Source: Camelus ferus | Taxonomy: Eukaryota | Assembly (NCBI RefSeq): GCF_009834535.1 | Contig: NC_045696.1 | Span: 38,318,001 to 38,382,000, forward strand | DNA length: 64,000 nt | Direction of reading: 5' to 3' | Shown here: positions 38,547 to 51,890 of the stretch, piece by piece | How positions within the stretch are numbered: the first letter of the stretch is position 1 | Layout of the letters: every line of letters begins with the position of its first letter | Position numbers and translations under genes: made by a program | The notes under the pieces: generated by a model | What the model was told of the DNA's origin: nothing | Seen by the model: only the letters and a program-made list of their open reading frames with translations | Database searches by the model: none

Positions 38547-41500
38547 ATATCACTTCTTTAGAAAGCTATTCCTTGACTATGGTTTACCCCAGTGTACTGT
38601 AACTCTACAAGACCAGGGACATTCTGACTCTTCATTCATCTCCAAGTTTACTATACCCAGAATTGTACTTAGCACTTGTGAGACATTGAAAAAACATTTG
38701 TTGAATGAATATATTCTTCCAGTGCTTTCATTTATGAGGCATAGTTATTTCTGGGTGTTCCATACCCTTTAATGGTGCATTATTTGTGCCCTTTCTTAGA
38801 GATATACACCTGAACTTCATGATACATACTGATACAGAGAAAAATAGAACACAATAATGTTATTTTAAGTATACCACTGACTAGAGTAACCTGTTTATTG
38901 AGGAGTTACAATACAACCCATTGTTATTTAAATAAGATATTGTTTTAGGTTGTTTTTTTTTTTTTTCAGTAATTGCTCCCAGCTATAATGGAACTTTTAC
39001 CCTTTTTTCTCACTTGGGGGCTCTTCCTGGACCCTTTTTAGACAGATGCCATAACTTTTCAGACACTTGGGTTATTAGTTTATTCTATTACTTATTCATT
39101 TTAAAACATCAATCTTAAGTTCCATTCAAAGCTTTTCTACACGTACCATCTGTGCTGACAGCTTTTGTGCTTGAGAGTACTGGGGTGTGGGTGGGATTCC
39201 AGATACTTCTATCTCACACTCCTAGATGCCAACTCCATCCGTGATGTAGCAGGAGTGGACACATTTCTCCTTAAGACTCAATGAGATTGTAGTCTTCTGC
39301 TTCTAAGACTGGCACTCACTTCAGATGTCCTCCGTGTACCTGGCTTCCCAGTGCCTGTGCTTCTTCTGAGTGCTTCCCTCTGAGAGTTATGTAATTGGTG
39401 TCCTGTTTCTTGGATCACTGAAGAGGCAGATCAGGATTCAGCTTCATTTCTTTCATCTCTTTATTCTTCATTAAAGTCAAAAAAGTCTACTTATTAAGGT
39501 GCCTTTTCCTTGCAGTTACTTGCTTGTGTAGGTATATTATTAGGTCCGCTTAAGTCAAGGAACCTTATTCATAAGCAGCCCACCCAAGGAAAGTGCATAT
39601 CCTTATTCATCAGTGAATAGGAGGATGGGTTACTCCCTAGGGCTCCTTATCCCATCACCTCTCTCTCTCTGTTTTGGTCATTATTTTCAACCCTGGACAG
39701 TGTTACACTGTCTGCAGATCCAGTGGCTTATCAACTTTTTAGAAGAGAGAGTAGATCTAGTTTAATAAATTTGAGGGAACATTTTAGGCAACCTTAAATT
39801 CATGAGGGATTTTTGACTGCCTCGTTCACATTACCCCCAAAGACCATTCTCTCTCATCCCTCATTATTGCTGCAAGAACTGGGGGCACTGAAACTGGAGA
39901 ATCCTGATAAACCATTCCTTGTGTTCACTGTCTCCAAGTGTTAAAGTTTGTGAATGGAAAATAAAGATTCCTAGCAGTGATTAAATTCAACTGGGGCCTT
40001 CTCTGAAATTTCTGGCTGTGGGAAAATTCCCACTTAACATTCAGTTACAGTAGCATTTTGCTGCATAATATGCTTTATATTACATATCTTACCTAAAATG
40101 AGGATTTTATATGGAGGATTTTTTTTCATCCTCTCAAATTTTATAAGATTAAATTATATAAAATATTTTATACTTTTCCTAAGTTTAAAATTTCTAACTT
40201 ACATATTAAATATTTTAAATGCTTTAATTTAACTATTATTTTGTTTTGCCTTAACATCTGTTTTTTTCAAGTCTGAATTTCTTTCCCATCAGGGATTCCT
40301 CATGACTAGAACCCTGTTTAGATTTCAAGGATTTTATTCTTAAATCACTTACTTTCATTTTCATAATTTGCCTTCAGAATCTATTTTTCATGTTCTGATT
40401 TTAATGCCATGTATTAACTTGGTGAAGTGTTAGATATAAGCAAATAAGACTAAAAACAATTGTCAGGGAAAATATATTTTTCAATTTTGTATTATATAAA
40501 CTTGAGAATTAAATTCTTAGGCTTTTTTAAAAATACCATTTTACAGTGTTTCTTTTAAAATCATTTTTTATTTATGTTCATTTAGGTAAAAATCCTCAAA
40601 TAGATAAAATATCTCATTTGCTCTCTAAGGAGTTACAGACTTAAATTATTCATAAAGACAAATATCAGCCTGAGTAAAGAATTACCTGTAAGATTAACAG
40701 AGTGAATCTATTGCAACATTTACACTTCATATCCTGAAATTGATTTTTTTTTTTTTGCATTTTAATGGAGGCAATATTTTACACTTGAGTATATTATATA
40801 GGAATGTAAAATGTCAAAGCTTATCCATCTCAGGGTTCACAGCCTTGTCTCTCTCTTTTTCTCTCTTTTTCTTTTAGTTAGAGGAATTCTCTTATGAGAA
40901 AATCTGGTGGTCAGTTCATTTCTCATTCTTTTAGAACAGATATTTGCATATCAAAGTCCTGAAACAAACATACTTTATGAAGGTCCCATCTGCTGTTCTC
41001 ATGCTAATGAGACCTAGTGTAGGGAAAAGGAAGTAGATTGGAGAAGACAGCCTAACTTTTCAAATACATACCATTTCTTTCAAATAGCAAAATACACAAA
41101 TATTGTCCATATGTTTAATTTCTACTTCTTTGAAACTGCTGGAGCCAAAATGACATGTTGATCCCAGTCACAGGAAGGGATGGTAAGGTGGGATTAGCGG
41201 GTCTCTATTGCAGTCTGTTATAATTTCATACTAAAAAACATTGTCATTTTTATAACTATAAACAGCAAACATTATGAGTAAATCAATTTTAAGATTTAAA
41301 AAAGCACACATTCCCTGACATATTTTATTTCTAATTGAGCTGAAAGAAATTCTAAACATAAACATTTTGTATTATCAAACATGACGAATTTGATTAAACC
41401 ATGGAATGAAACAAAAAAAAGTATTGTTTGGTTTTTTTTTTTCCTTTGAGGATCTGGAACTTAGTATCTAAAACACATGAGAAAACCTAGTCAAAATTTT

Positions 41501-41884
41501 CAAAATTCAAGAAGTTGTTTACATGTTTTATGTAACTTTCATCTTCTAGGAGCCAAGTGTTACATTCAAAGATACCATGTTGAGAGTAAGGTCTCTGCCA
41601 GCAAAATGGCCACATTTGCTAGCTACTCACTAATTGCTTCCTATCTTTTCTTCCCATTTTAGTGTTAGATTATTTTAAGGGACTCTTGATTCTGACTTGT
41701 TTTACTTGAAAAATTATCTTAAAAAACTCACCAAAACCCCAAAACACATGACTCTATAACGACAGGCTTTCTGCTTTTTGAAATCACTGCCAAATGGAAA
41801 TTTTTTTGTAAAACAATAATCCTTTGTAAAGAGTTGGTTATGATATAATTGGAAACACTCTATTTCCATAGGTAAATTTTAAGT

Positions 41885-42110
41885 GGAGGCAGTGTAGTTT
41901 AATGATGAAACATGCAGGCTCTGGAGTCAGACTGGCTGAGTTTGAAGCTCAGTTCTACCACTGACCAAGTTCCACCACTACAAAACAGGGGAGAAGACAG
42001 TACCAGTGTCATGAGGTTTTTGAGAGTATTAAATGATATAATGTACATAGAGGATTTAGCACAGCACTTCTGACCTTGTAAACATTTCGCTATATTAGCT
42101 CTTATTAATA
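41885..42110 (+). mobile_element. MIR SINE
   Basis: GAGGCAGTGTAG...GGCTCTGGAGTCAGACTGGCTGAGTTTGAA...GAGTATTAAATGATATAATGTACATA...TTAGCACAG. Confidence 0.85.
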
Positions 42111-42999
42111 TGCAACATTTCAAAAATTTTTAATGAAAAATAATTTAAAGTTCCACTAGGGAGAAAGGAGAGAGAGAGAGATATTGAGTGAGTGAGTTGG
42201 TTGGGAAAGAGAGTTGATTAAAAAAAACAAAAGATTCTGACATTAGTGGTTTGTAACTGGGCAGAGAAACTTCATATCCACTTCTTACAAGTGCAAGTGT
42301 TGATGCTACCTGAAGAATACTAGTCTCAGTAGAATTTTAGCTATTTTTAGTCTGTTAAGAATCGGCATGAATAAACATTAACAGGTTAATGAAAACTCTG
42401 TCTGAAAATAAGTGAATCCAGTTGCTAGTTTAATGTACCAAAACCCAACCTTCTAATGCTTTATAATGGGGTCTCAGTTCTTCTTAAAACTGTGAGGAAA
42501 TAGCTTCTGTCCCAGAGGCATACTGTTGTTAAAGAAAGTCTATTTTTATTAACATCCGTTTGTGGCTGTAACTACAATTATGGGTTAAAGTAAAATATCT
42601 TGCTGATGACCAATTTCTGTTTCTAATAGTTCTTAATCAAGAATAATATGCAGTACCTACACAAATTTCTTTCCTTTATACTTACTTCTAATTCCCATAT
42701 TCTGGTCCCAAAGTGGAATTAGGTGTCTAGAATTCCCCTTAAAACTGTCAGTGCCAAATTTGCTTCATTACTATCTAGCATTTTAAATGTGTTTGTCATC
42801 ATTTCAGAATTTTGAATTTATATTTTGATATTCCAAAAATGGAAAGTAAAAAAAAAATTTAGAAAGGATATACAGGGTAGAATTAACAATGCTTAGTAGG
42901 TCCATCAAGGAATGATTGAAGGAAACTAGTATATTTTGTATGGAGAGTAAAATCTTGAAGACTGATTTAGTAACTAGTTATACATAGAGGAGAACTAAA

Positions 43000-43180
43000 T
43001 TGCAGGGTTTTTTCCCATGGGTGAATTTGTGGAAGTTATTTAGCCACTTTAAACAATAGTTTTCTAGTTTGCAAGGTGAAGATAATACTTCTGCCTTATG
43101 ACTGTTGGGAGTATTAAATGAGACAATATAGATTAATGTCGAATACAACATCTGGTAATAATAGGAGCTCAATAAAAAAT
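43000..43180 (+). mobile_element. MIR SINE fragment
   Basis: AAGTTATTTAGCCACTT...GACTGTTGGGAGTATTAAATGAGACAATAT...GAGCTCAATAAA. Confidence 0.65.
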
Positions 43181-44139
43181 GTCTTTCTTTTGTCTTTGTA
43201 GGTAGTGTGGTCACAATGAATATTAAGGTAGTAAGTTATAGTTATGATTACCCAATTCAGTGCTCTTCACAATTAAATGTTATTTCTAAAAGAGCTTAAA
43301 AAGTTATGATGATTTTCCAGTTTATTAAAAGTGGAAAATCAATTTTAATATGTTGTTAATAATTTTATTTGATTTTAAATTCCTGAAAAAGGCACTGTAA
43401 CTGAAAAAATATAACTTAGATATAATTTCTCATGTAACTGAACACAACCAATTAATAAAATATTTATATTCCTATTAATCATAATTAAATATAAACTTCA
43501 TGTCATTTGACTTTTATTTAATTCTTGAACTGATAAAAGCCTTTTTATGTATGGGCATTTACCTCAGCGTCAAAAAAAATCTTTTTTTCTTTTAATTATT
43601 GAGTATTATAGATTCAAACATTTAAAAATAAAAAGTAAATTAAATAGAAGTTTTGTTAAGTAAAAACAAAAACAAATATTAGAAAATCGATTTAGTTCCC
43701 ATATAACATAATTGTAGTTATATTACACTTCTTACAAAATAGCAACCATAAAGTTCATTCTACTTTACCTTTTTTTTGAAATGTAGACAGAAAAATGATT
43801 AATTATTTACTTACTTTAAAATATTGAATTATCTAATCATAAATATGATGGAGTAATTTGAAAAAAAAGTGTTTTCTAAGTTTCATTCTTATTATGGCTT
43901 CTAACTTAGGCTAGACCACTAGAAGAGAAAAAAATAATAACATTTGTTATTTGAGAAAATTGAAAATATCATGTGATATCTTTAATAATAAATTATTTTA
44001 ATATAGGCATTTTAACATCATATTTGAAGACAAATGATGAGGCCTAAAAATAGTTATATAGGAGACATTCTGATGCTAAATTATAAAAAATTGATATGCT
44101 TAATGAAGGAAGTTGGAAAAGAGCATATACGAAAACACA

Positions 44140-44400
44140 GAAGAATACGTAATGGATGATATATGAATTTTAAGAAAATGTGCACTAACTATTCTATCAT
44201 GACACAAAGCAGACCCATGGTTAACTGTGTGGCTGGATGTGTAAGAAGGGGTGAACCACAGAGGCACTGAAACTGGCAGGAGTGATGGAAAATTTTATAT
44301 CTCTGCTGTTGTGGTGTTTTCATCACAACTCATTAAATTATACACTTTAATTGACTGCAGTTTATTTTGCAGAAATCATATCTCATTAAAATTGATTCTT
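44140..44400 (+). mobile_element. Old L1 3' UTR fragment
   Basis: GAGTGATGGAAAATTTTATATCT...CAACTCATTAAATTATACACTTTAA...TATCTCATTAAAATTGATT. Confidence 0.6.
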
Positions 44401-46327
44401 TAAAAAGAACAAGGACAGTGGTTTCAGTCCACTAGTTTTAAGTAAATAAATAAAAGAAAATATGGAGGCATTATATTTTTAACTAGTAGATTTTAAAAAA
44501 AAATAAACAAACCAAAAAATAACAGTAGTGGTTTCTCATAAGGATATGATGACTATGCAGTATTAATTGATCAGACTTTTGGCTAAGCATTTTGGTAATA
44601 CATTTCCAGAGTCATTAAAAATGCCCCTACCCTTTGACAAATCAATTCCACTACCATGAAATTATCAAAAGAAAGATAAAGTGACATGCAAAAAGACCTT
44701 CTTTTCAGAGTAGGTTATTTTGTAGTTTTGAATTTTAGTCCCAATATTTAGCTGTATAAAAGATCTCTCATCTTTTCTTTTCCTCAAATCAGTCTAAATC
44801 TGTTCTTGAACCACCTTTCTGCTGAAGAGGTAGGAGTTCAACCCCAGTCATTATTACCGACTTCACCCAATTGTGCCAAGTTGCTGGAACCTAAGTCAGT
44901 ACCTGTGAATCAGGGACACCCCTCAGATCATCTGCCATTGATCTTTGCTGACTGTATCCAGGTGGTATCATTCAGGGTTTGCTATCTTCCTGCCACTCTC
45001 TGTGCAAGGACATCTTTGGAGAGAATGAGGCACCCTGTCCCAGAAGCTAGCCTATTTGACAACCTGATGTCTTGCCATAATCCAGAGTTAGAGCCATAGA
45101 ACAAAGTTTATAATCCCACAATTTCTGTAACCCTTTCCAGTCTTCTAACATCTTTTCCTCCCTCTCCCTACCCCTAAAAGTTCTCCTAACCTTATTTACT
45201 TTCCAGAGCATCTAGTATAATCTTTTCATTAAGTTTAGCTACTTCCTAAAGCTTGGGTGTAGTACCTAATTATAACCTCTTAAATTACCATGATAAATTT
45301 ATTTTAGTGAAGAATTGTAAGCAACCTAAATATCTAATCATCAAAGAATGAGTTAAAAAAGTGTATCCTCTAGATGAAATATTATGGTTAGGCTAAAATT
45401 AAAGGAAGAGAAGCAGCATCCAAAATTGTATAAACTATAAATATGACTTCGTAAGACTCACGTATATTATTTGCTATGTTGAGAATGTTATGAAAGTTCT
45501 CCCATCTTTTTAAATTACGGAATTGTGTGCATATATGTGTATAATTTATTAAGAAAAGTACATAAGTAACATGTGTTAATTAACATAAAAATGTATGATG
45601 TGGCTAATTCAAATCCAAAGAACTAGAGAATACTGAAATGTAGTTACTAGGCTATCCCTATTATGGAAGTATTGCAGGGTAGGAGGAGGGACTGAGAAAC
45701 TTTGAAAAAAAGTTAAGGGGTTCTTAGGAATGTGGTAGCACCACTACCCTGGAGCATGGAAGATCCTGAGCAAGGAGTTGTGTGAGGAGGCTGCTGGAGA
45801 TTCCATATTTTCAGAAAGAGTGCTATGAACTGGTTTGCGAGATAACAATTTAATCTTTACTACACATACTGTGTTATTGAAGTCGCATATTTAATCACAG
45901 TAATTGTGGTTAAAGTATTCTATGTATGTATGCATGGATGTTAATCAAATCATTCTGCATTGAAGAAAAGTTATATAGCTATATGGCAAAATTTAATCTA
46001 GGAAAAATTGAAATAGTTAATTTTAGTGGTATAGGTGAAAGGTGGTGAGTCTATTGCCACAAATAAGCAGTGAAGTAACATCCTGAATTTTTCACCACAT
46101 GTATCATGGATCTTAAGAAAATTCTAAAAACAGTATTTAAAACAAATTATTTAAAGATCACTAGTAAGAAAACAAAAACATTCTGGTTTTAACTATAAAA
46201 TATCATAACCATATTATGGTGTTTGACTGAATAGAGTATCATAATGCTGAACATATTTTACAGAGAACTGAACATATTCTTAATCCAATAACTAGAATAA
46301 AAGATAATATGGAATGTCAATGCAGAC

Positions 46328-46328
46328 C

Positions 46329-46359
<31 letters not shown>

Positions 46360-46367
46360 CAAAAAAA
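46328..46367. repeat. (AAAAC)n pentanucleotide repeat
   Basis: Directly visible. Confidence 0.9.
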
Positions 46368-48789
46368 TTCCTTAATTCCTAGAATGGAAGACAAATGAAA
46401 AAACCAAGTTCATTACTATGGAAATAGCATTGAGGTTCAATAAAACTGCATTAGAGAAGAGCCCCAAATCAGAGCTGTGTAGTTCTAAGAATGCAAAAAA
46501 GATAGTAATATGCCTAGTCACCTCCAAAATTACAATACATGTTTTTGAGATAATGAAATCTTGATTTAAAAAAAAAAATATATATATATACACACACACA
46601 AAAGTTTGTTGTGGTTTTATAAATCAAAAAACATTTTCTAAGAATTATGCACTAAAAACAAAAAACAAAAAACTGTGACTTTGAATTTCAGGGGGTTCAC
46701 CTTGGTTGTCTAATTCATTTTAATTTTATTATTGAATACAACTCTGCCATGCGTATATATCATGCAAGAATATTGTTTTCTAAGTCTACATTGGCACTTT
46801 AAAATTTAAAAAAAAAAACACTTCCTTGACAAGTTTCAATTTGAGCATTCTTTTCTCAACTGATGTAATCAAATTGCTCCTACTAAAGAAAATGACAATG
46901 CAATTCACTTCTGAATTATAATTTCATGTTTGTATGAGAAAAATCAACTGATCTTAGTGATGAGGTTTTTACCTCCTGACCTCTAATGAGATGTTAATGT
47001 GAACAGATAGAGCAAACTAAACTCTACTTTCCTTCTTTGGGGAGAGTTTTACAATCTTTGTAATTATCAGTGCCATGACTGTACATTATCACAACCTCAG
47101 TACTTTCATTTTTATGGACTTAATGTATAAAACGATTTGTAGTCCATGAAAACACCATTTAGTATAATGTGAATGGTTCATCCAATTTGCTAAATAGAGG
47201 ATTCAGTTTCTATTAGAATTTGTTTCAATTTGTGCATCAGCAACTGTGTTCTTTTAAAGGCATTATTCCTTGCTTGAAGTCACCTCTTGCAATAAATTGT
47301 TGTTTTAACACATCTAGAATTCAATTGTGTCTGAGCAGTTAGCTTTTCCTTTACCTGACTGTTTAAATTCTTTCAGGTTTAGCTTTTATTGTTAGTATAT
47401 TACCTACCATGGTTGTTTTCAAACATAAGCAGTCTACTAAAAATAATGTGCGGGCACATGCACACACACCCCAAGTACTTATTTTAGGTACCAAATTGAA
47501 TTATTTATGGAAATACAATATATAAAACAGGTGCAAAGTTCTTCTTCTACTTCCCTTTGAACTTTTCTGGGACTGCAGAGCAACTTAGGTTCTTCAAAAT
47601 TCAGTTTTCAAATGTTCTTGACCACTGTTGTATTGTGTAAGTGTTTATAATTCTTTGGGAAGAAATAAAATTGTAGCTATAGATCCACATGCTGTTGTAT
47701 CTCCAGAATGTATAATGCCAGGCTTCTAGGAATCATTTAAGAGTAAATGAAAACCCTGTTCTTTCTTTTTAACACCGTGTTCCTTGTTTTGCTCTCAATT
47801 AAGATTTAGAGTTTCTACAAAATCCTGTTAGAAACAAGTGAAATTCTTTCAGAGACAAGTGAAATCATTCTTTATATAAAATATTTCTATAGGTCAAAAG
47901 CATACCAATTTTCCCCAAAAGAACAGCACATGCACCAGAAATTTTCACTGTTATTTTGGCTCATCCCTCTCCGGTTGCTTTTTCCCTACCTTTTCTTCTC
48001 TCTTCTTTTTTCTTATGCTAGAGAGAGCACCTTACCTTTACAGCAATTCAAGTCCCTCAGCAGGATGCTTTGCAGATAAAATTTCTCTTTTGTATAGAAT
48101 GCACAGTTAAGAAATAAGCTGTAGTGGTACATAACTTTTAAAGCCACTAGGCCTTTCTACATGGTTGCCCTTTTATCATCCTTCTCTTTCTTAATATCTC
48201 AAGTGTACTTTGAAACAGTAATATGCCTTTTCTAGTATTGTGTTACTTGTTCCTTGATTCTTTGGTATTTAATATTTGATTTATGTATCTAGAAGTCTGT
48301 GATAACAGCCCTTAAGATTCCATTTTAAAAAAGGAATGGATGTATTTAAAGGAATGGATTGTGCCTTAATGATAAAAATCTTTATTTATTGTTGTATTGT
48401 TGGGAATTTAGCCTTCAAAATTAAAGGATTTTTGTAGAATATTCCATATTCCAAACTATTAAAATTTTTTTCAACTTTCTATCTGTAAAGATGATGTATT
48501 TCTTCATTTGTAGTCAGAGATTTCTTCTTTTAGTCCCTCACTAGATAGCTGCATTTTTCATTTGTTATGACAAGGTATATGATAGTGCTTGGATTTAATC
48601 CTTATTGTATTTTAGCAGTTAGAATGACTTGAAAAATACAGTGTGAATTATGTTATTAATTTTTTTTATCACTTTCTGAGTAATTTTCGTTCAATTTCTC
48701 TCGTAAGACTTTTGTCCTAGAAATAGAGTCATTTTGTTATATACAGAATTAGATACATTAATTCATTTTGCCAGTGACGTTGATTAGTA

Positions 48790-49025
48790 ATACAGAATCT
48801 AGTGTCAGGCTGACTTGGGTTCAAGTCCAAATATGCCACTTCTCTGTGACCTTGAGCAAGACAAAAATTTTATGGTTTAGTTTTTCATCTCTCTGATAGG
48901 AATAGCAATAGTATCTATCCCATTAGGCTATAGAGAATATTAACTACGAAAATACATTTCAGTGATTTCAGTCATGATGACTTCAGTAAACACCAAGTGG
49001 ATGCTAGCTAGTACTATCTGCATTA
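48790..49025 (+). mobile_element. MIR SINE
   Basis: GACTTGGGTTCAAGTCC...TGTGACCTTGAGCAAG...GTTTTTCATCTCT...AATAGTATCTATCCCATTAGG. Confidence 0.75.
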
Positions 49026-49394
49026 TTAATATGGTGATTCTCTTTATGATGAGCAGAACAAAATCATTATTAAAAGATGAGTCATGAGGTTTTTTCACAT
49101 TTTAATATTTCTTGTGATTTCCTTACCTAACTTCAAAAGTTGTCATTGGCAACTAAGGAATGTTTCTGTCCCCCCGACTTGGAGAGTCTTCACTTAAATA
49201 AAATTCTCTTTGAAGGTACAAGCAGAATTCAATGCATAAAAGACTTGGTTTTAGAGTGAAAGTCTTGGGTTCCAATTTGGGCAGTACCCTGTGCTGGAGT
49301 GTTCTCTTAAACTAATAATACATTTTTACATTTCATTTCATTGTTATGAAATAATAATAGTCATGTTAGATGATTGTTTAAATAAAAAAGTATA

Positions 49395-49830
49395 TGTAAT
49401 GGCACTGTAGATGCCTTGCCCATGTTCTGTTTCCTGAGCAAGTGTACCCATCCCTCAGCTGCTGAGTGTTGGCTGCTGATGGCTCACAGCTGCCCCCTTC
49501 CCCAAGAATTTGCTTGGCTGGGAGCTGCCTGTCCAAGAAAGTTACGTCCCCTGCTAACCCCTGGAGAAACCAACAGTCATGGATGGATTGACAAGGGATT
49601 TCAAAAGGCTGAAACCCTTCCCTTAAAGTAGGAAAACGTCTGTGGTGTAATTCACATTCTATAGTTCCTTGTGGAATTCGGCTAAAGCTAACCTTTAACT
49701 GAGACCACATCCTTGCATACCTCCTTTCCCTGTGCTGACTGTTTCACTTCCTTTGAAAACATATTCACAGTATATCACATGTGTCAGTATCCTTATCTTA
49801 GGCTTTGTTTCTTGAAAACAGATCTAACCA
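49395..49830 (+). mobile_element. ERVL LTR (LTR16-like) inserted into a MIR
   Basis: CCCATCCCTCAGCTGCTGAGTGTTGGCTGCTGATGGCTCACAGCTGCCCCCTT...CTGTGGTGTAATTCAC...CTGAGACCACATCCTTGC; MIR halves at about 49235-49360 and 49830-49870. Confidence 0.75.
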
Positions 49831-49921
49831 AATATATGTGAAATGCTTTAGCATAATGCCATGGTAAGCAGTTTTTTGTAAGATAATGTGATAGACCATC
49901 ATGGGACTTTTTAGAATACCT

Positions 49922-50397
49922 TATAGGGGAGGAAAATGATTCGCTCTACTCTTCTAGGTTCTTTTGGCTGGTCTATTAATTAGACATAATACAGATTAAG
50001 AGGAGAAAAACAAATTTAATTACTTATGTCAGAGAGCCCCATAAAAATATGAGACCCAAAGGAAGGTTGAGAAGTTAAGGCTTATATGTGACCCTGAGCT
50101 AAGGAATGGAATAGGGCCTGGGAATTCAAAGGGAAGGAGGGTGATTCACAGGACAATAAGAAGAGCAGATGTTTGGTAATTAGATATTTGTCCTGCTATA
50201 TGGTTAGGTCATTCAGATAAAATTCACCTCTGGCAATAGCTCTCTTTCTGAGCCAGACCCCTTATCTAAGTTCTTTAAGATAGTTAAGGAAGAGGTGAAA
50301 GTATTTCTTGAGTTTTCTGGGCCTTGATTGACTTCAGCTCAAATTATTCACATGCCAAAGTGGCACATTTTGGGGTGGCCTGTTTTATTCCCCTTCA
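49922..50397 (-). mobile_element. Solo ERV1-class LTR (MER34-like) with 4-bp TSD
   Basis: Ends TATAGGGGA (decayed TG) ... TGCCAAAGTGGCACATTTTGGGGTGGC...CCCCTTCA; perfect TSD ACCT at 49918-49921 and 50398-50401. Confidence 0.8.
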
Positions 50398-50509
50398 ACC
50401 TCCAATACTGAGATTTTAACAAGCAAAGCATTCAAGTTTGTTCATAAAAAATTAAACTACAATGGAATAAAAACTGTACTTAAACAAACTAAAGAGTAGA
50501 TATCTTAAC

Positions 50510-51890
50510 CAAATTTGTAGAGCACCTACTATGTACCCAAACTGTGCTAGTTACTAAGAAAAAATGGTAAGACAGATGATTTCTACACACACACACGCAC
50601 ACACATACACATACACACTTACATAAAAATCTCAGTGACTTGAAAATTTCTGTGAAATATAAAAAATATAAATATAGAGAACAACTAGAGGTCTAAACTT
50701 GGAAGTATTTAGGGAAGACTTCTTTGAATAGGTGTCAGTTTGCCTGAAACCTAAAAAATATGGAGGGGCTGCTGACACAGTGTTTCAGCAGAGAGAATAT
50801 CATCATGTGCAAAGACCTTTAGGCAGGATATATTTGACTTTTGCCAGAGAATGCTGATGTGTCTGGAGTTTACTGAGTGAGAGTGGGCAGAGAAAAAGTT
50901 GAAAAGAGAGGGTGAGATCACATTGGATTACATGCTTCACTAGAAAGTTTGGATTTTGTTCTGAGTTCAGTGGGAAATCACTGAAGGATTGTAAATGGTA
51001 GGGGTGGGGAATGATATAATTCTGTGAAAAGATAGTGGATTATAAGAGACAGGAAGGGAAGCAAGGAAACCAGTTAGACTGGATGAGGGATCATATTGGA
51101 CAGGATGAGGGCAGTCACAGTAAAGAAAAGAGGAGGTATTTCTAAGAGAGTATTTGCAGATGATTAAATTTTAGTAGTTAGGGGTGAAAGTAGAGTTTGT
51201 GGGTAGATTGAATGTTAGGTAAGGGGAGGAAAATGGGAGAAATCAAGAATATGATGCCAAAACGTGGTGAAAAAAAACGAATTTAGGAGAAAGAGGTTAC
51301 TTGTGGGCACATTAAATGTGAGAATGTACTAAGACATTAAAATGGAGAATTGTATCCAACATGTGCTGGAAATATTTATCTAACATTGAACAGTGTAGAG
51401 ATAGTCTCTAAAGTTTGGTTATTGATGTGTTTAGTTGGGAGACAGTATTGAGAAAGAGAAGATGGCCTAAGAGTCAATATTTAAGTTGGCAATTAGAAGG
51501 ATTTGGGAAGAAGACTGGAAAGGGAGAGTTAGTGAAAAAGGAAGAAAATAGTAAGGCATGGTCACATTGAAGTGTGTGAAGAAAAAAAGGAAATTCAAAA
51601 TGTTACATTGAGTGCTCCAAAAAGGTCAATTAAAGTGAAATTTGGGGATGAATATTCTATTGGAATCTGCAGCTTATAGAATTCAATCAGATGACCTTAA
51701 AATAAAAGTTACAGGGTGGTAGAGACACAACCAAGTTGGAATAAATTGAGGAATAAATGAGAGATGAAGAAGTAAAGGTAACATCAATAGAAAAACTGTG
51801 GGAAAAAAGAGAAATAACTAGTTGGAATGGATTATGAGAGTCATGGAAACATTTATTTTTAAACTAAGAGATAGTAGAATATTATGAATG
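50510..51890 (-). mobile_element. Long L2 fragment
   Basis: Begins with the antisense L2 tail GAGCACCTACTATGTACC...ACTGTGCTAG; purine-rich body with CATGTGCAAAGACC, GGGAAATCACTGAAGGATT, GGAAACCAGTTAG. Confidence 0.75.

Larger units (their letters stand above)
37190..38712 (+). mobile_element. L2 3' fragment interrupted by an MLT1A-like LTR and an old L1
   Basis: L2-like pieces at 37190-37604, 37956-38039 and 38547-38712, ending in the L2 tail CATTTGTTGAATGAAT. Confidence 0.65.
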
